Below are positions 38,936 to 51,602 of a stretch of DNA of 64,000 nucleotides, piece by piece; within the stretch, counting starts at the first letter, position 1; each line of letters starts with the position of its first letter. The notes beneath the pieces were generated by a model. The model searched no databases and was not told the DNA's origin. It saw only the letters and a list, made by a program, of their open reading frames with translations. The DNA comes from Eledone cirrhosa. Taxonomy: Eukaryota. The translations under genes and the position numbers were made by a program. Location of the stretch: NCBI GenBank assembly GCA_964016885.1, contig OZ024744.1, positions 80,910,001 to 80,974,000 on the forward strand. The letters are read 5' to 3'.

Positions 38936-39065
38936 GCTTTACGATCGTTTCTAGATGGTGATAATACATTCTATCTATACTCAGTTATTGATCTATGTAA
39001 GTTTACAAACTATCAGATAGAGAGAATATTTACTTACATGCATATCACCAGCTGTTTTCAAAAGC
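38936..39065 (-). ncRNA. Degenerate hammerhead ribozyme with long stem II, near (TA)n
   Basis: Minus strand GCTT TTGAAAA (mutated CTGAAGA) ...TGGTGATA/TATCACCA... GAAA CGATCG TA AAGC. Confidence 0.45.
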
Positions 39066-39830
39066 AATAATAATTTTATTCAATAATAATTTTACTCAGA
39101 ATTAGTATCATGTCCTTATTTGGAGGTAGTTGAAGAACTAACAAATCAAATTTTTTTTTTCATATGGTGTTAAGATGAAAAGTAATACACTTTAGTTGAG
39201 GTCATGACCCTTTGGAAGGAATGGTTGAAAGGTGTTAGTAGAAATGGCATAAAAATCTATTAGGAAGGAAGGGGATTGTCAAACTGATAGTTGAATGTAT
39301 CTTGTATAGTGAATTTAAAAGGAATGTCAAAATAAATGGTGATTAGTGTTGTATTGAGTTTTAAGGTGAATATAAATTAATGTTATGGCTAGGAAAGATA
39401 GTATATTAAAAGATGAAAATTATAATAAGATAATGTGATATAGTAATGCGATAATATACAACTTAACCAACAGCATATAGTACGGTGTGGTAAATTGCAC
39501 TCAGTATAATATAACATATTATACGCTCTAAAATATTACTAAGTATGTTTATGCATAAACAATCAAACTCAGATAAGTACATGTTGGCATAGTTAAAACA
39601 CATAAATTTCATAGTCTACAAAGTGCACATATTCACACCACATATAGAGAGAGGTACAGTTATATTGATATCTAACCAAAATATACATACGTGCAAATAG
39701 ATGCAAACCTAAATACACATCCACACGCATGCATATAATCATATATATACATATCCATACGTATCTATATCTACACATACACATCTATACCCCCATATAT
39801 ACATATACATATACAGATACATACACATAT

Positions 39831-39889
<59 letters not shown>

Positions 39890-39892
<3 letters not shown>

Positions 39893-42431
39893 TCATCATC
39901 AGGTTTAGCGTCCGTGTTCCACGCTTGCATGGGTTTGGACGGGGGTTTTCCCACTTGAGGCAAGAGTGGTTGTCTTGCTCGCATAGGACTGTCTGGCGGG
40001 TTTTCTACAGTTGGGTGCCCTTCCTAACACCAACCACATTTACAGTGTGGGGCTGGGAGGTTTTTACCGTGTTGCCTACACGGCCACATTACAGCGTGGA
40101 CTGTCTGGCGGGTTTTCTACAGCTGGATGCCCTTCCTAACACCAACCACATTTACAGTGTGGGGCTGGGAGGTTTTTACCGTGTTGCCTACACGGCCACA
40201 TTTACAGCGTGGACTGTGTGTTTTTTGTCGTGACACCTACACGATCTCATTTGTTTCGGCCTGGATGTTGTGGGACCAACATAACTTTACATTGAAAGGG
40301 GCGGTGTGGGTGGGGTGGAGGTGGTGGGACGGGGGGGGGGTTGATAGAGATGCCTACTGACTGTAGTAGGTTTTTACTTTGTATTTAGGTAAGGCGGGTC
40401 TTCTCTATTACTGAGTACCGCCAAAGGTCTCGGTCCAGTGACATTGTCTTGGAGAGGTGTAAGCGTGTGAGGTCGGAATTTATCAGCTCGTCCCATGTTT
40501 TTCTGGGTCTGCCTACTCCGTGGCTACCGTCTATCTTTATTGCCCTGCACTTTGTTATACAGCTGTCGTCTTTCATGCGCATCACGTGACCGTACCAACG
40601 TAGCCTTCTCTCGAGTAAACAACATCTGATCCCTCATATTTCTAATTTTTTCCTTAGTTCGTTTATGCTTTGCCGTTCACGTATATTACTATTGCACATC
40701 CAGCGGAGCATGCAAGCTTCGTTCCTCTCTAGTCTGCGTATATCCTCTGCACACAATGCCCAGGTCTCACTGCCATGCAGCATTGCTGTTCGTATGCAGG
40801 CATCGTATAACCTGCCTTTCATTTTTAGGGAGAACCCTCTAGCGGCTAATAGTGGTATAAGCTCTCTGAACTTTTTCCATCCAGTTCTGACTCTAGCTAC
40901 TGTACTTTCAGAGCACCCTCCCCCACTGCTGATTTTGTCACCCAGATAACGGAAGCTGTCCACTATTTCTATAGAACCCTCTGCGCAGTTGAAGGAGCTA
41001 GTATTTTGTGGGCACTTGCTGCTACTTATTGCACCAGAGCACCGGCCACATGTAAAATCTATGTTCTTAGTTAGCTTACCTGTGATCCCACTACATCTTT
41101 TATGCACCCATACTTTGCATTTGGGACATAAAATGGAGTTTCTACCTACGCCTTTCCTACACACTGAGCATGGCCATTTCCCAGATGGGACCGCCGCCTT
41201 ATTTTCTTTCCTACAAACTAGAACTTTAGTCTTAGCCAGGTTAATTTTAAGGCCTTTTGATTCTAGGCCGTGCTTCCATGTTTGAAATTTCTTCTCTAGT
41301 TCGGTCATTGATTCAGCTATGAGCGTTAGATCATCTGCGTATAGGAGTTCCCATGGGCAGCCGGTCTTGAACTCCTCTGTTATAGCCTGAAGGGCAATAA
41401 TAAATAGTAGGGGGCTAAGAACAGAGCCCTGATGGACACCAACTTTTACGCTAAACTCTTCACTATATTCGTTGTTAATTCTAACCTTACTGACTGTTTC
41501 TTTATACATGGCTTGTATAGCTCTCACAAGCCATTCGTCAACACCTAGTTTTCTAAGAGACCACCAGATAATGGAACGGGGGACTCTGTCGAAGGCTTTC
41601 TCCAAGTCGACGAAAGCTAAGTATAGGGGTTTACTTTTAGCTAGGTACTTCTCCTGTAGTTGTCGTACAATGAAAAGAGCGTCTGTGGTACTTTTGCCTG
41701 ACACAAACCCGAACTGCATTTCATCTAGATCAATTCTCTCTCTGATTAGTTGCACTATTACTTTTTCCGTGACCTTCATGACCTGGTCGATTAATTTAAT
41801 GCCTCTATAGTTACTCCTATCTAGGGCATCTCCTTTTCCCTTATAGCAGTTAACGATGATACTGCTACGCCATTCCTTCGGAACAACCCCATTCTGTACG
41901 ACTTGGTTAACTATCCGGGTGACCATGGTGTGTCCCACCGAACCAGATGCCTTCAGCATCTCAGCAACTATTTCCGATGGCCCAGCCGCCTTACCCGTCT
42001 TCATATCTTTGATTGCCTTACTTATTATACTACCTTCAACTAACACTGCTGGTCCCTCTATTGGATCGATCTGGGGGAGACTGTCTTTCTCCCATTTGTT
42101 CTCCTCATTTAGAAGCCTTTCGTAGTGACACTTCCAAGCTACCTTCTTATCAGCATCGGTGATGGCAAGTATGCCATCATCGTTAAGTACACACTTCTCC
42201 CCGACAATATCACGGTTTTCCTTGACACATTGCCTGGCAATCCTGAACACCTCACGTTTTTGGTCCTCACGTTGTAGAACATGCTTGAACTTTCTTTCCT
42301 CTGCTTCCCTTCTTGCGAAGTACACTTGTCTCCTAGCTTCCCTCCTGGCCACTTGATAGTCTTCTCTACTTCCCCCATCCCGCCATACTTTCCAAGCCTG
42401 CTTTTTGGCCTTAATTGACTCCTCCACCTTA

Positions 42432-42432
<1 letters not shown>
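39890..42432 (-). mobile_element. RTE-clade LINE, 5'-truncated, (TGA)n tail, flanked by (TA)n; ~111 bp tandem duplication in the 3' UTR (39987-40210)
   Basis: RT ORF with YRGIKL, QFGF, FVDLEKAFDRV, GVHQGSVLSP, LLYADD and a Cys/His insertion CSVC...CPKC..WVHKRC...CGRC. Confidence 0.95.
40634..42432 (-). pseudogene. RTE reverse transcriptase, open ~600 codons, N-terminally truncated, frameshifted near the C-terminus
   Basis: ORF 40634..42511; its first ~26 codons are microsatellite-derived. Confidence 0.9.
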
Positions 42433-42466
<34 letters not shown>

Positions 42467-42468
<2 letters not shown>

Positions 42469-43300
42469 TCATCATCATCATCATTTTACATCCGCTTTTC
42501 CCTGCTTGCAAAGGTGGGACGTGTCTTATTCAGCACAGCATCTCTCCACTCATCACGGTCCTTCGTCATCTCCACCATGAGCTTCAATGATCTGAGGTCT
42601 GTTCTCACCACCTCCGCCCATGTTTTTCGTGGTCTACCTCTACCACGTCTTCCTTCAACTGGCATTTCCTCACCCATCGGTCATCCTCCATGCGCATCAC
42701 ATGTCCATACCACCTCAGTCTCCTCTCCCGTACACTACATTCTATCCCTCTCAAGCACAGTTTCTCTCTCAACACATTTATGCTGGGTCGTTCACGCACA
42801 TTTACACTGCACATCCAACGGAACATGCTTGCCTCATTTCTCTCCAGCCGTCGCATATCCTCTGCAGTTGCTCCCATGTCTCACTACCATGCATCATCGT
42901 GCTCCTCACACAGGCATCATACAACCGGCCTTTCGTACGCAGGGAGAAACCCTTCTTCGTCAACAGAGGAAGCAACCTGTCCTTATTCTAGATACTATGG
43001 CCTCGGAACACCCTCCACCCATGCTAATCTGATCTCCTAGGTACCGGAAGCTATCCACCACTTCTATAGCGCCCTCCTGCATTTGAAAAATGTGTCTATC
43101 AATGCAACTTCTACTGTCTAATTTCCCTGTACATCTACTACATACATATTTCTCCCTTCCTGTTAGTTTGCCTGCTATCCCACTACATCTATTATGTACC
43201 CAGGATCTGCATTGTGTGCATTTTATAGAATCTATGCCAGTTCCTTTTCTGCATATCGAACATGGCCATTTCCCTGATGGAATCAGAGTTTTGTCCTCTG
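42467..43300 (-). mobile_element. Second RTE LINE 3' fragment, same subfamily as 59275-62275
   Basis: ATAEDMRRLERNEA...LRWYGHVMRMED...GRGRPRKTW; 3' end GCAAGCAGGGAAAAGCGGATGTAAAATGATG. Confidence 0.9.
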
Positions 43301-43320
43301 ATATATATATATATATATAT

Positions 43321-46250
43321 AAATTTTGAGTATATGTTGGTTGTATACCAACACCTCAGTATGCAGATTGGAGCACTCAACGAAGTGTGCAGGTTGGTTT
43401 GGTTACTCCGGAGTAATGTAAAATAAATAAGTCAAATGTTTAAAATTTAGCTTCGTTTATTACTGCTATATATATTTCGGTGACAGCCATCTTTGGCTGT
43501 GACCTCTTCAGGCAGTCCGAATTAGTGTGGTAGAGACGAGTACACATGTTGTTGACGTGTATAACTTTGTCAATACTCTGATATGCCCAGTTCCTGGTTG
43601 GGTTGTTATTTCACTGAGGAACTGGAATCATATGAATTCAAACAAACGAATTTCAGCCTCAAAGGTCAGCATCAAAGGGCCTCTTCTCTCATTGGTCAGT
43701 TGTTAGAACATTCCTCAGTCAAAAGTCTATAGAAATTCGTTCTGAGGCAAGCCAATCTGTAGTTGTTCTTGTTATTGTTAAGTACATCTGACCTCTATTC
43801 TTGTGTTGGTAGTGGTGTTATTGTTGGAGTCAGCTAAAAAAAAGTGTGATAAAGTGGTAGAAGGAATAAGATGGTAAAGGAACAAAATAAAATAAAATAA
43901 TCGAATAAAATGTGTATGTGTGTTATACCCATCTCAATGTTATAAAGATTTGTAAGGTCAAACTTCCTATTGGTCAGTTTTGAGAGCATTCCTCAGTCCA
44001 AAGTCTATAGAATTTCTTTCTGGGGTGAGGCTCCCTGCAGTGTTTGTGTTTGCTATTGTTAAGTACATCAGACCTCTACCCTTATTTTGGTAGTGTTGTT
44101 GGTGTTGTGGTCAGCTTATGTCTTGCTGCTGCTGACAATTTAGAAGTATCTGTGTGTGTGTTTCTTCACCCCCTCCTGCCACCATCTCCCGTGGTGGTGG
44201 TGGTGGTGGTGGTGTGTGTGTGTGTGGGGGGGGGGGTTCTGCCATGTATATGAAGAAATAGAAGGCAATAAAATAAAGTAAACAGAAAATAAATAATAGA
44301 TAGAGAATAAATGAAAAATTAATGAAAAGGTAATGAAAAAGTAATGAAAAGTGAATATGGAAAATGAAAAATAAAAATGAAAAGTGAAAAATAAAATGAA
44401 GATTCGAATAAAATGAGATAAAATGTGTGTGTGCTATAACCAATCTCAAGGTCAGAAATATGTTGGATAGATTGGTAGGAGGAACAAGATGGTAAAAGAA
44501 TAAGATGAAATAGGATAATCACATAAAATGTGTGTGTGTTATAACCAATCTTAACTTAAATATAAATATAAGGTGATAAAGTGAAGAAAACAGAAAACAA
44601 ATAACAAATGAATAATGAGAAATCAAAATTGAAAAATCAAAAATCAGGTAAATTAAAATGTGTGTGTTATAAAGATGTTGGCCAAATTATAAAGGCTGTG
44701 TCAGAATCAATCTCTAGGCTATCATGGTGTCTGCTCAGCCTGGGTTGGTCCCTATGGCTTGAGGGGAATTCCCAACCTATGGTGTTGTTACTGCCCATAT
44801 AGCTTGAGGGAGGTTTGGCCGGGAGGTGTCTACATGTTCTGGAGAAGTCCCTATAGCTTGAGGGGAGTTCACATCTTATTGTGTTGCTACTGTCCATATA
44901 TCTTGAGGAAGGTCCCGGCCCTGAGGTGTCTGCATGTCCCGAAGAAGTCGGTTCTGAGGTTTATCAGGCCGCTTCCACCTCTTATTATCTCGAAGGTCTC
45001 GTTCAGACATAGTTTGCATATGCAAGATCCCCCTTTAATGGGTGGTACTTTCCTGATTATGGACCAGGCCAGAGAGTCCTCTCCAGGGTCCTCTCCAGCT
45101 TAAGCTTCCGTACTTTTCCTTTTGGCCTCCTTATTGAAGGAATGGCGATGGTTATACCAGCGGTCTTTAAAGCTCATTGATGTGACTCCTATGTAGAGGT
45201 GTTCGAAGTTGGGGGTTTTAACCCTACAACCGTATACTAGGTTCTTCTTAAGGCATTCATTACCAAGGGGGCAGGATTCGGGGTTTCTGCAGTTGCAGAG
45301 GGTGGTCGACCTCTGCGTGCCTAGATTGGGGTTCCCATTAGGTGTTATATGGTGGTCTTCTCCCAGGTGCGGTGGGGGGTCCCCGGGTCTGTTTGGGTTT
45401 CTTGGGTGGGCACTGGGTACCCCCTTCCCTCCTTTCCCTCGGGAAGCATTTATCAAGTACTCCAAAGAATGATTGGGCCAAGCTGTTCTTTAGGGCTGCT
45501 GAGTAGGGTGGGTTTTACCACGTAATTTTTCTATGTCTCCTCCTATATGTGTGGGTCGGGGGCGTCGTGAGTTGTTAGAGATTTGTTGGGTTGCTGGTGG
45601 TTCCCGCATTGTTGCTTCTCCTTTGGGTTTTGCTACCTTCACGGCCCGAATCTGTGGGGTTGTCGTTGCCCGCGCTGGGGGATCTACCATGGGGGTGGTC
45701 CCCCGTTTCCCCCCCACGTGTCCTGCATTTGGGGTCGTCGGGCTCGGGGTGGTTAGCATCACCCCTGAGACTGCTACTCATATTGGGTTTCATCCCATGG
45801 TTAAGCGTACTTGTCACCATCACCCGTGTGGTTGTGTCGGGCTTATGGTGCCTATTTGTTTTTGTACTGCCTGTATTGTTAGGGTTCGCCCCGCCCCCGC
45901 CCCCCCGAGGGCAACGGTGGTGTGGGTGTCCATTGGGCCATCCCCATCCTGGCATTTCAGACTGTATGTTATATTTTGTCCATGTGCCGCCTTATTTAGA
46001 GCTGCATTGTAATATTCCACGTTGTTATCAAATATTTCCTTACTTGCGGACAGGCTGGAGATCCTGCCTGAGACACTCTTCACCACGGCCTTGGTTATGG
46101 ATCTAAGGTGGTTTGACTTGGCGTTAACATACACGAGTTTCTCGTTGGGCTTGTATGGGTAGTATTGTTCGGTGTTCAGGTTTAGGGTGGTGTCTAGGAA
46201 GTTAACTACCTTTCTATTTGGGTCTAGTTCTAGTTCAGTTTACCTTTTAC
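43321..46250 (-). mobile_element. Penelope-like element, 5'-truncated and degenerate: RT thumb, linker, GIY-YIG endonuclease, 3' region with hammerhead; bounded by (TA)n
   Basis: VNFLDTTLNL...YKPNEKLVYVNAKSNH...RISSLS (46230-45970). CNCRNPESCPLGNECL..LVY...YIGVT..FKDRWYNH (45300-45110). CKLCLNE...GTCRH (45030-44925). Confidence 0.88.
43462..43516 (-). ncRNA. Complete minimal type I hammerhead ribozyme
   Basis: ACTGC CTGAAGA GGTCACAGCCA AAGA TGGCTGTCACC GAAA TATATA TA/GCAGT: stems I and II pair, stem III region is palindromic, AATAAA follows. Confidence 0.88.
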
Positions 46251-46277
46251 ACATATATATATATATATGTAAAAGGT

Positions 46278-46500
46278 AATTTATTGGACATATTACAATC
46301 GTTTTTCTGGCGACCAGCTCGAAGCCCGATCGATGTGATGATCGAACCTGACTCTGAAAATCGCAAGGTCCATAGGAAAATCTGCTTTGTAGAATCAAGT
46401 CGTATCTGAGGACCTTGCGATTTTCAGAGTCAGGTTCGATCATCACATCAATCGTGCCTTGAGCTGGTCGCCAGAGAAACGATTGTATGTCCAATAAATT
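46278..46500. repeat. Fold-back inverted repeat (46278-46371 / 46410-46500) containing a hammerhead on + (46401-46490)
   Basis: CGTAT CTGAGGA ...long stem II... GAAA CGATTG TA; the left-arm copy preserves the stem I partner ATATG. Confidence 0.8.
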
Positions 46501-46626
46501 CCATTCGTCGCAACATTGATTCTCTTTTTTTCTGTGTTATATTTATATATATATATATATATATGAAGTATTTCCGTAGGAAAGGTAAAGGAAAAGAGAG
46601 TGCTCTATGTAGACTACAGAGCTTTT

Positions 46627-46758
46627 TAGTTATGTAATAAACAACATAAGATAATTATTTCATTTACCAGTGGTTTCTTGAAGACAAATATAAATATCTG
46701 TCTTCAAGAAACCACTGGTAAATGAAATAATTATCTTATGTTGTTTATTACATAACTA
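46627..46758. repeat. Fold-back inverted repeat with the 3' half of a hammerhead at the apex
   Basis: ~60 bp arms; stem TTGAAGACA/TGTCTTCAA then GAAA CCACTGG TA; right arm ends in (TA)n. Confidence 0.8.
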
Positions 46759-46773
46759 TATATATATATATAA

Positions 46774-46936
46774 AGAAGAAGAAGAAGAAGAAGAAGAAGA
46801 AGAAGAAGAAGAAGAAGAAGAAGAAGAAGAAGAAGAAGAAGAAGAAGACGAGAGTGAAAGAGAGAACGAGACAATTGGTACCAGAAAGGAACAAAAACAC
46901 AGTAATAGACAAGATATATATATATATATGTGTGTG

Positions 46937-46981
<45 letters not shown>

Positions 46982-47142
46982 TGTCTATTGCTGTGTTTTT
47001 GTTCCTTTCTGGTACCAATTGTCTCGTTCTCTCTTTCACTCTCGTCTTCTTCTTCTTCTTCTTCTTCTTCTTCTTCTTCTTCTTCTTCTTCTTCTTCTTC
47101 TTCTTCTTCTTCTTCTTCTTCTTCTTCTTCTTCTTCTTCTTC
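46774..47142. repeat. (TA)n-centred palindrome with ~65 bp unique arms and outer (GAA)n/(TTC)n tracts
   Basis: 46847-46915 is the reverse complement of 46978-47047 with one mismatch. Confidence 0.92.
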
Positions 47143-47929
47143 TCCCACTTATTCCTGTGAGGGTTGTAGGGGCAGAGACCTCAAATACTCCTTCCAAAAG
47201 CAACCGCTTCAAACTGATCAGGCTGGATCCCTAAATGTGATTAGCCAAGCTCATGGATGTTATCCAACCATAATTTTATTGTAAGAACCTTTGTTAAGTT
47301 ATGTTCGAAGCACCAATTTCATAATGAGAAAGTTAGTTTTATTTATTCATTTCCTTCAAAATTCCTGATTACTAGGTGCACCCTCTTCACTGGCTCCTTA
47401 TCCCCCACCCCTACAGATCTCTACCTTATTAATCTAACCCTTATAGATTCTTAAGCTATAAGCATGACATAAGTTATCTCCCTTCTCCTCTAAACTTAAA
47501 AAAAGGGGTTTCCTCACCTTTTTACTCCTCTCCTTTTCCCTCTTTCTACATATAAATGTTTTGGACAGACAGACGGAGAAACAACTCTTCTTTTATAATA
47601 TAGATGATTTTCAAAATTATTTGAAAATTATTTGGCAGGGTCTTTCATTAAAAATGACTCTATCGTGATGCAATTGCTTCAACTTTCAACACACAACTAA
47701 CTAACTAATACAGCTCCAAAATAATATAATTTACTGGAAAAATAAAAAATAAATAATGATTTCTAATTTAGGCACAAGACAAACAATTCTTTGGGGCAGG
47801 GAAAGTTGATTAAATTGACCCCAGAGCGTTACTGGTGCTTTATTGACCAACAATAACAGCATGAACCAATTGAAGAAAAATTGTCATAGCCCCTTGTTTA
47901 TCTACTCTGTCTCACTGACATGCATATGC

Positions 47930-48470
47930 CACCCCATGGTCCCAGCAACCAGAAAAGAAAAAGCATTACTCTGGAGGATAGCAACGGAGATAGATGCACT
48001 GAAAGAGCCATTCTTACTCACAGGGCTCACTTCTGTGAATAGTCAACTCCATCCCAATAGAAGTGAGTACGGAAGTGGTTCAGAGTCCCAGAAACTCAGA
48101 AGTTTCCACCACTACAGATTTGAGAAGCCAGTTCCATTTCATAGAGCTCTCTGCTGTGAGTAGCCAACTCCATTCTGATAGCCGCGAATAGGAAGGTAGT
48201 TCAGTATCCTAGAAGACCAGAAGTCTCTAGGTTTGACTTTGACAAGAAGCCAATCCATGTCATTCGGCTCCCTCCTGCAGATGGCCAACTCTATCCTGAA
48301 AGCAGCAAGTACGGAAATGGTATGGGGGCCTAAAAACACCAGAAGTTTCCACCATGATAAGTTCGATGACAAGCTTATCAGAATACAGCCGATACTTCAA
48401 AAGCTTGCGACCTTCAATTTGTCCCTCAGCAAAGCATCTCTGTGTCTGACACCAAATGTATCAAGTTGCT
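47930..48470 (+). repeat. Unclassified degenerate dispersed repeat with internal tandem subunits
   Basis: Homologous motifs to 1592-2200, 53945-54200(-) and 63670-63910. Confidence 0.55.
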
Positions 48471-49046
48471 GCTGGAGAAAGTGTGTCATTCTTATTTATT
48501 TTTTTATTGCCCTCACTCACTCAAATTTTTATTGCCCTTCCCCACATCAAATTTTTTACATGAGTAAAAAAAAAACCGAATCACTTTACTGCTGCTTGAC
48601 CTGTTACAAATAGCAACTAAATTTCTCTCAAATCACACTCTCAGCCATCATACATAAAATGAAAGATCATATTGCATAGTTTGAGATTTCCAAATATGTG
48701 GGATAGTCACAGTTGAAACAGTTTTGGTTATAAGTTTGTTCAACCCACATGAAGTCACCTTCCTCACTGATTAACTCTAATTGGTTATCAAATTATTGTG
48801 TGAATGAGGAAACAACAGAAGCTGTGTCCTTCTATTCGATAAGCTTCATTCCATTATTTTATATATATATATATATATATAATGTAGGAGGTGAGTTTTA
48901 TTGTTGTACAATAAAGCAATGCAGATATCGGATAAGAAGCACTCTACAGTTTGTAGGACTGGAGTATACATAATATATAAGAACAAAAGATGGTTAAAAG
49001 AGTTCCATGTATTTTATTATGCGCATTTCAAAAACAAATATCCTCC

Positions 49047-49117
49047 TGTTTTATCTGATGAAAACACAAATATTATTGCATGATGATATTTGTTTTTGAA
49101 ATGCGCATAATAAAATA
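49047..49117 (+). ncRNA. Complete minimal type I hammerhead ribozyme at the apex of inverted repeat 48973-49042 / 49085-49154
   Basis: TGTTTTAT CTGATGA AAACACAAATATTATT GCAT GATGATATTTGTTTTT GAAA TGCGCA TA/ATAAAATA. Confidence 0.85.
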
Positions 49118-49145
49118 CATGGAACTCTTTTAACCATCTTTTGTT

Positions 49146-49198
<53 letters not shown>

Positions 49199-49485
49199 TT
49201 ATATATATATATATATATATATGACAGCAACACAACAAAAGCACCCAGCCCAATCTGTGAAGTGGTCATGTTGGTATCACAACAAAAAGCACCCAGTCAA
49301 TATTGTAAAGTGGTTGTTTCGATACCATGATGAAAAGCACACAATCCACACTGTAAATGTCGTTGGTGTCAGGAAGGCCATCCAGCTGTAGAAACCATGC
49401 CAGAAACAGTTCTGTGTGAGCATGCCTAAACTGGAGCAACATGAAATAAATTGTCTTGCTCAAAGATATAAGGCATCACCCGGTC

Positions 49486-49870
<385 letters not shown>

Positions 49871-50170
49871 TTCCAGCTCTGCGCACCTAACTTCTGCATG
49901 AACCCAGCCACCTAGCTGCTTTCTACTGCATATTGCACATTGAGCACATGCCTTTACGCTTTGGCTTCTAATTAACTCACCAATCTCTCCTCTACTATCT
50001 CCATCTCTCTCTTTAAGATTGGTTACTCTTGAACTGATTATATATATATATATATATATCCGGGGAGTGTAACTTGGAGTTACTGTAGGTTCACCCGGGT
50101 GACGACTCGATGTTTAAGTTCACTTCAGTGCCGAGGTGTAGAGCTAGACAGAGTGTATTATAGTGAAATA

Positions 50171-50281
50171 AAATAACAAGGACGATTGGTTACTCCTTCA
50201 TTATGTTTATTGGTTGGTGACGCATATTTCGCCACCAACCAATAAACGTAATGAAGGAGTAACCAATTGTCCTTGTTATTT
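50171..50281. repeat. Fold-back inverted repeat whose 13-nt loop is the 3' half of a hammerhead on the minus strand
   Basis: Minus strand GC GAAA TATGCG TC/ACCAACCAATAAA; arms 50171-50219 / 50233-50281. Confidence 0.78.
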
Positions 50282-51211
50282 CACCGTTAATCCGTAAATT
50301 CACAGTAGTCAAATCCCGGATCTTCAGCAAGGGAGAAGATTTAACTATCTGTGTTTACACATCAAATGCAAATCTGCGAATGACCCGTCACACGTGTTGC
50401 ATTTTTAAAAATACACACATCATACCAGCATCATCTCAGTGGCATGAATAGGATTATCGACAGCTAGAAGTTCTAGTTACACTTTAATTAGTTATCTACC
50501 TAGCTGTGTGTGCTTACACACTTTACAAATTATCCCCTGTGATTGTTTCATGTGTTTATTTTATATATATATATGTCAATCAATTTCTAGTTGATATAAA
50601 ATGCTTGGATCTATTCATTGGAATCTTTTAGCTTATTCTACGGGGGATATGGCACATGTCTCGGACATAACTCCCTTAATTTAATTTTGGATATATATAC
50701 GGCCCCTTAATTGTAGAGCTAACGCAGTTGAAAGGATTCGGCTGCTATTTCTAGCTGTCGATAATCCTTTTCACGCCACTGTGATGACACTGGTACGATG
50801 TATGTAGTTCGATGTGCGATGGGTCATTTGTAGATTTGAATTTGATGTGTAAACACAGATAGTTAAATCTTCTCCCTTGCTGAAGATCCGGGATTTGACT
50901 ACTGTGAGTTTACGGATTAATGGTGAAATATATTTCTTTAATGAAATATATACAAGGAAGATTAATCATTTTAATTTTGAAGTTCTAGTTAAACTATAAT
51001 TAGTTACCTACCTAGCTATGTGTACTTACACACTTTACAAATTAACCCCTGTGATTGTTTCATGTGTTTATTTTAGATATATATATATGTCAATCAATTT
51101 CTAGTTGATATAAAATGGTTGGATCTCTTCATTGGAATCTTTGAGCTTATTCTACGGAGGATATGGCGCATGTCTCAGACATGACTCCCTTAATTTAATT
51201 TTGGATATATA
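50277..51211. repeat. Interleaved inverted (50277-50367 / 50840-50930) and direct (50467-50699 / 50979-51211) repeats
   Basis: Directly alignable by eye, few mismatches. Confidence 0.85.
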
Positions 51212-51285
51212 TATATATAAATATATATCTATATCTGTATCTATATATATATATATTAGAATTGGTGCTCTGAAATAGCGATGTG

Positions 51286-51602
51286 TATATGAATGTATAT
51301 ATAGTATATTTGGCAATACACTGTATGCTTAATTAAAAGCATTTTGAAGACCTTACGCTATTGTTTTAAAGTAGTGACTATGTCACTTACTTCTTTTTTC
51401 AACAAACAAAGGGAGATAAGCTGACAGATCTGATGAATACCAACAGTATGAAACAGAGATCTGTCAGCTTATCTCCCTTTGTTTGTTGAAAAAAGAAGTA
51501 AGTGACATAGTCACTACTTGAAAACAATAGCGTAAGGTCTTCAAAATGCTTTTAATTAAGCATACAGTGTATTGCCAAATATACTATATATACATTCATA
51601 TA
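51286..51602. repeat. Fold-back inverted repeat, ~146 bp arms, loop contains a hammerhead core
   Basis: Loop CTGATGA ATAC CAACA GTAT GAAA CAG (51430-51456); one mismatch seen between the arms. Confidence 0.88.

Noticed and set aside
41030-41180. Cys/His-rich PHD-like insertion in the RTE RT as a novel fusion
   Set aside because: Present in all three RTE copies here and, to my knowledge, common in this RTE lineage.
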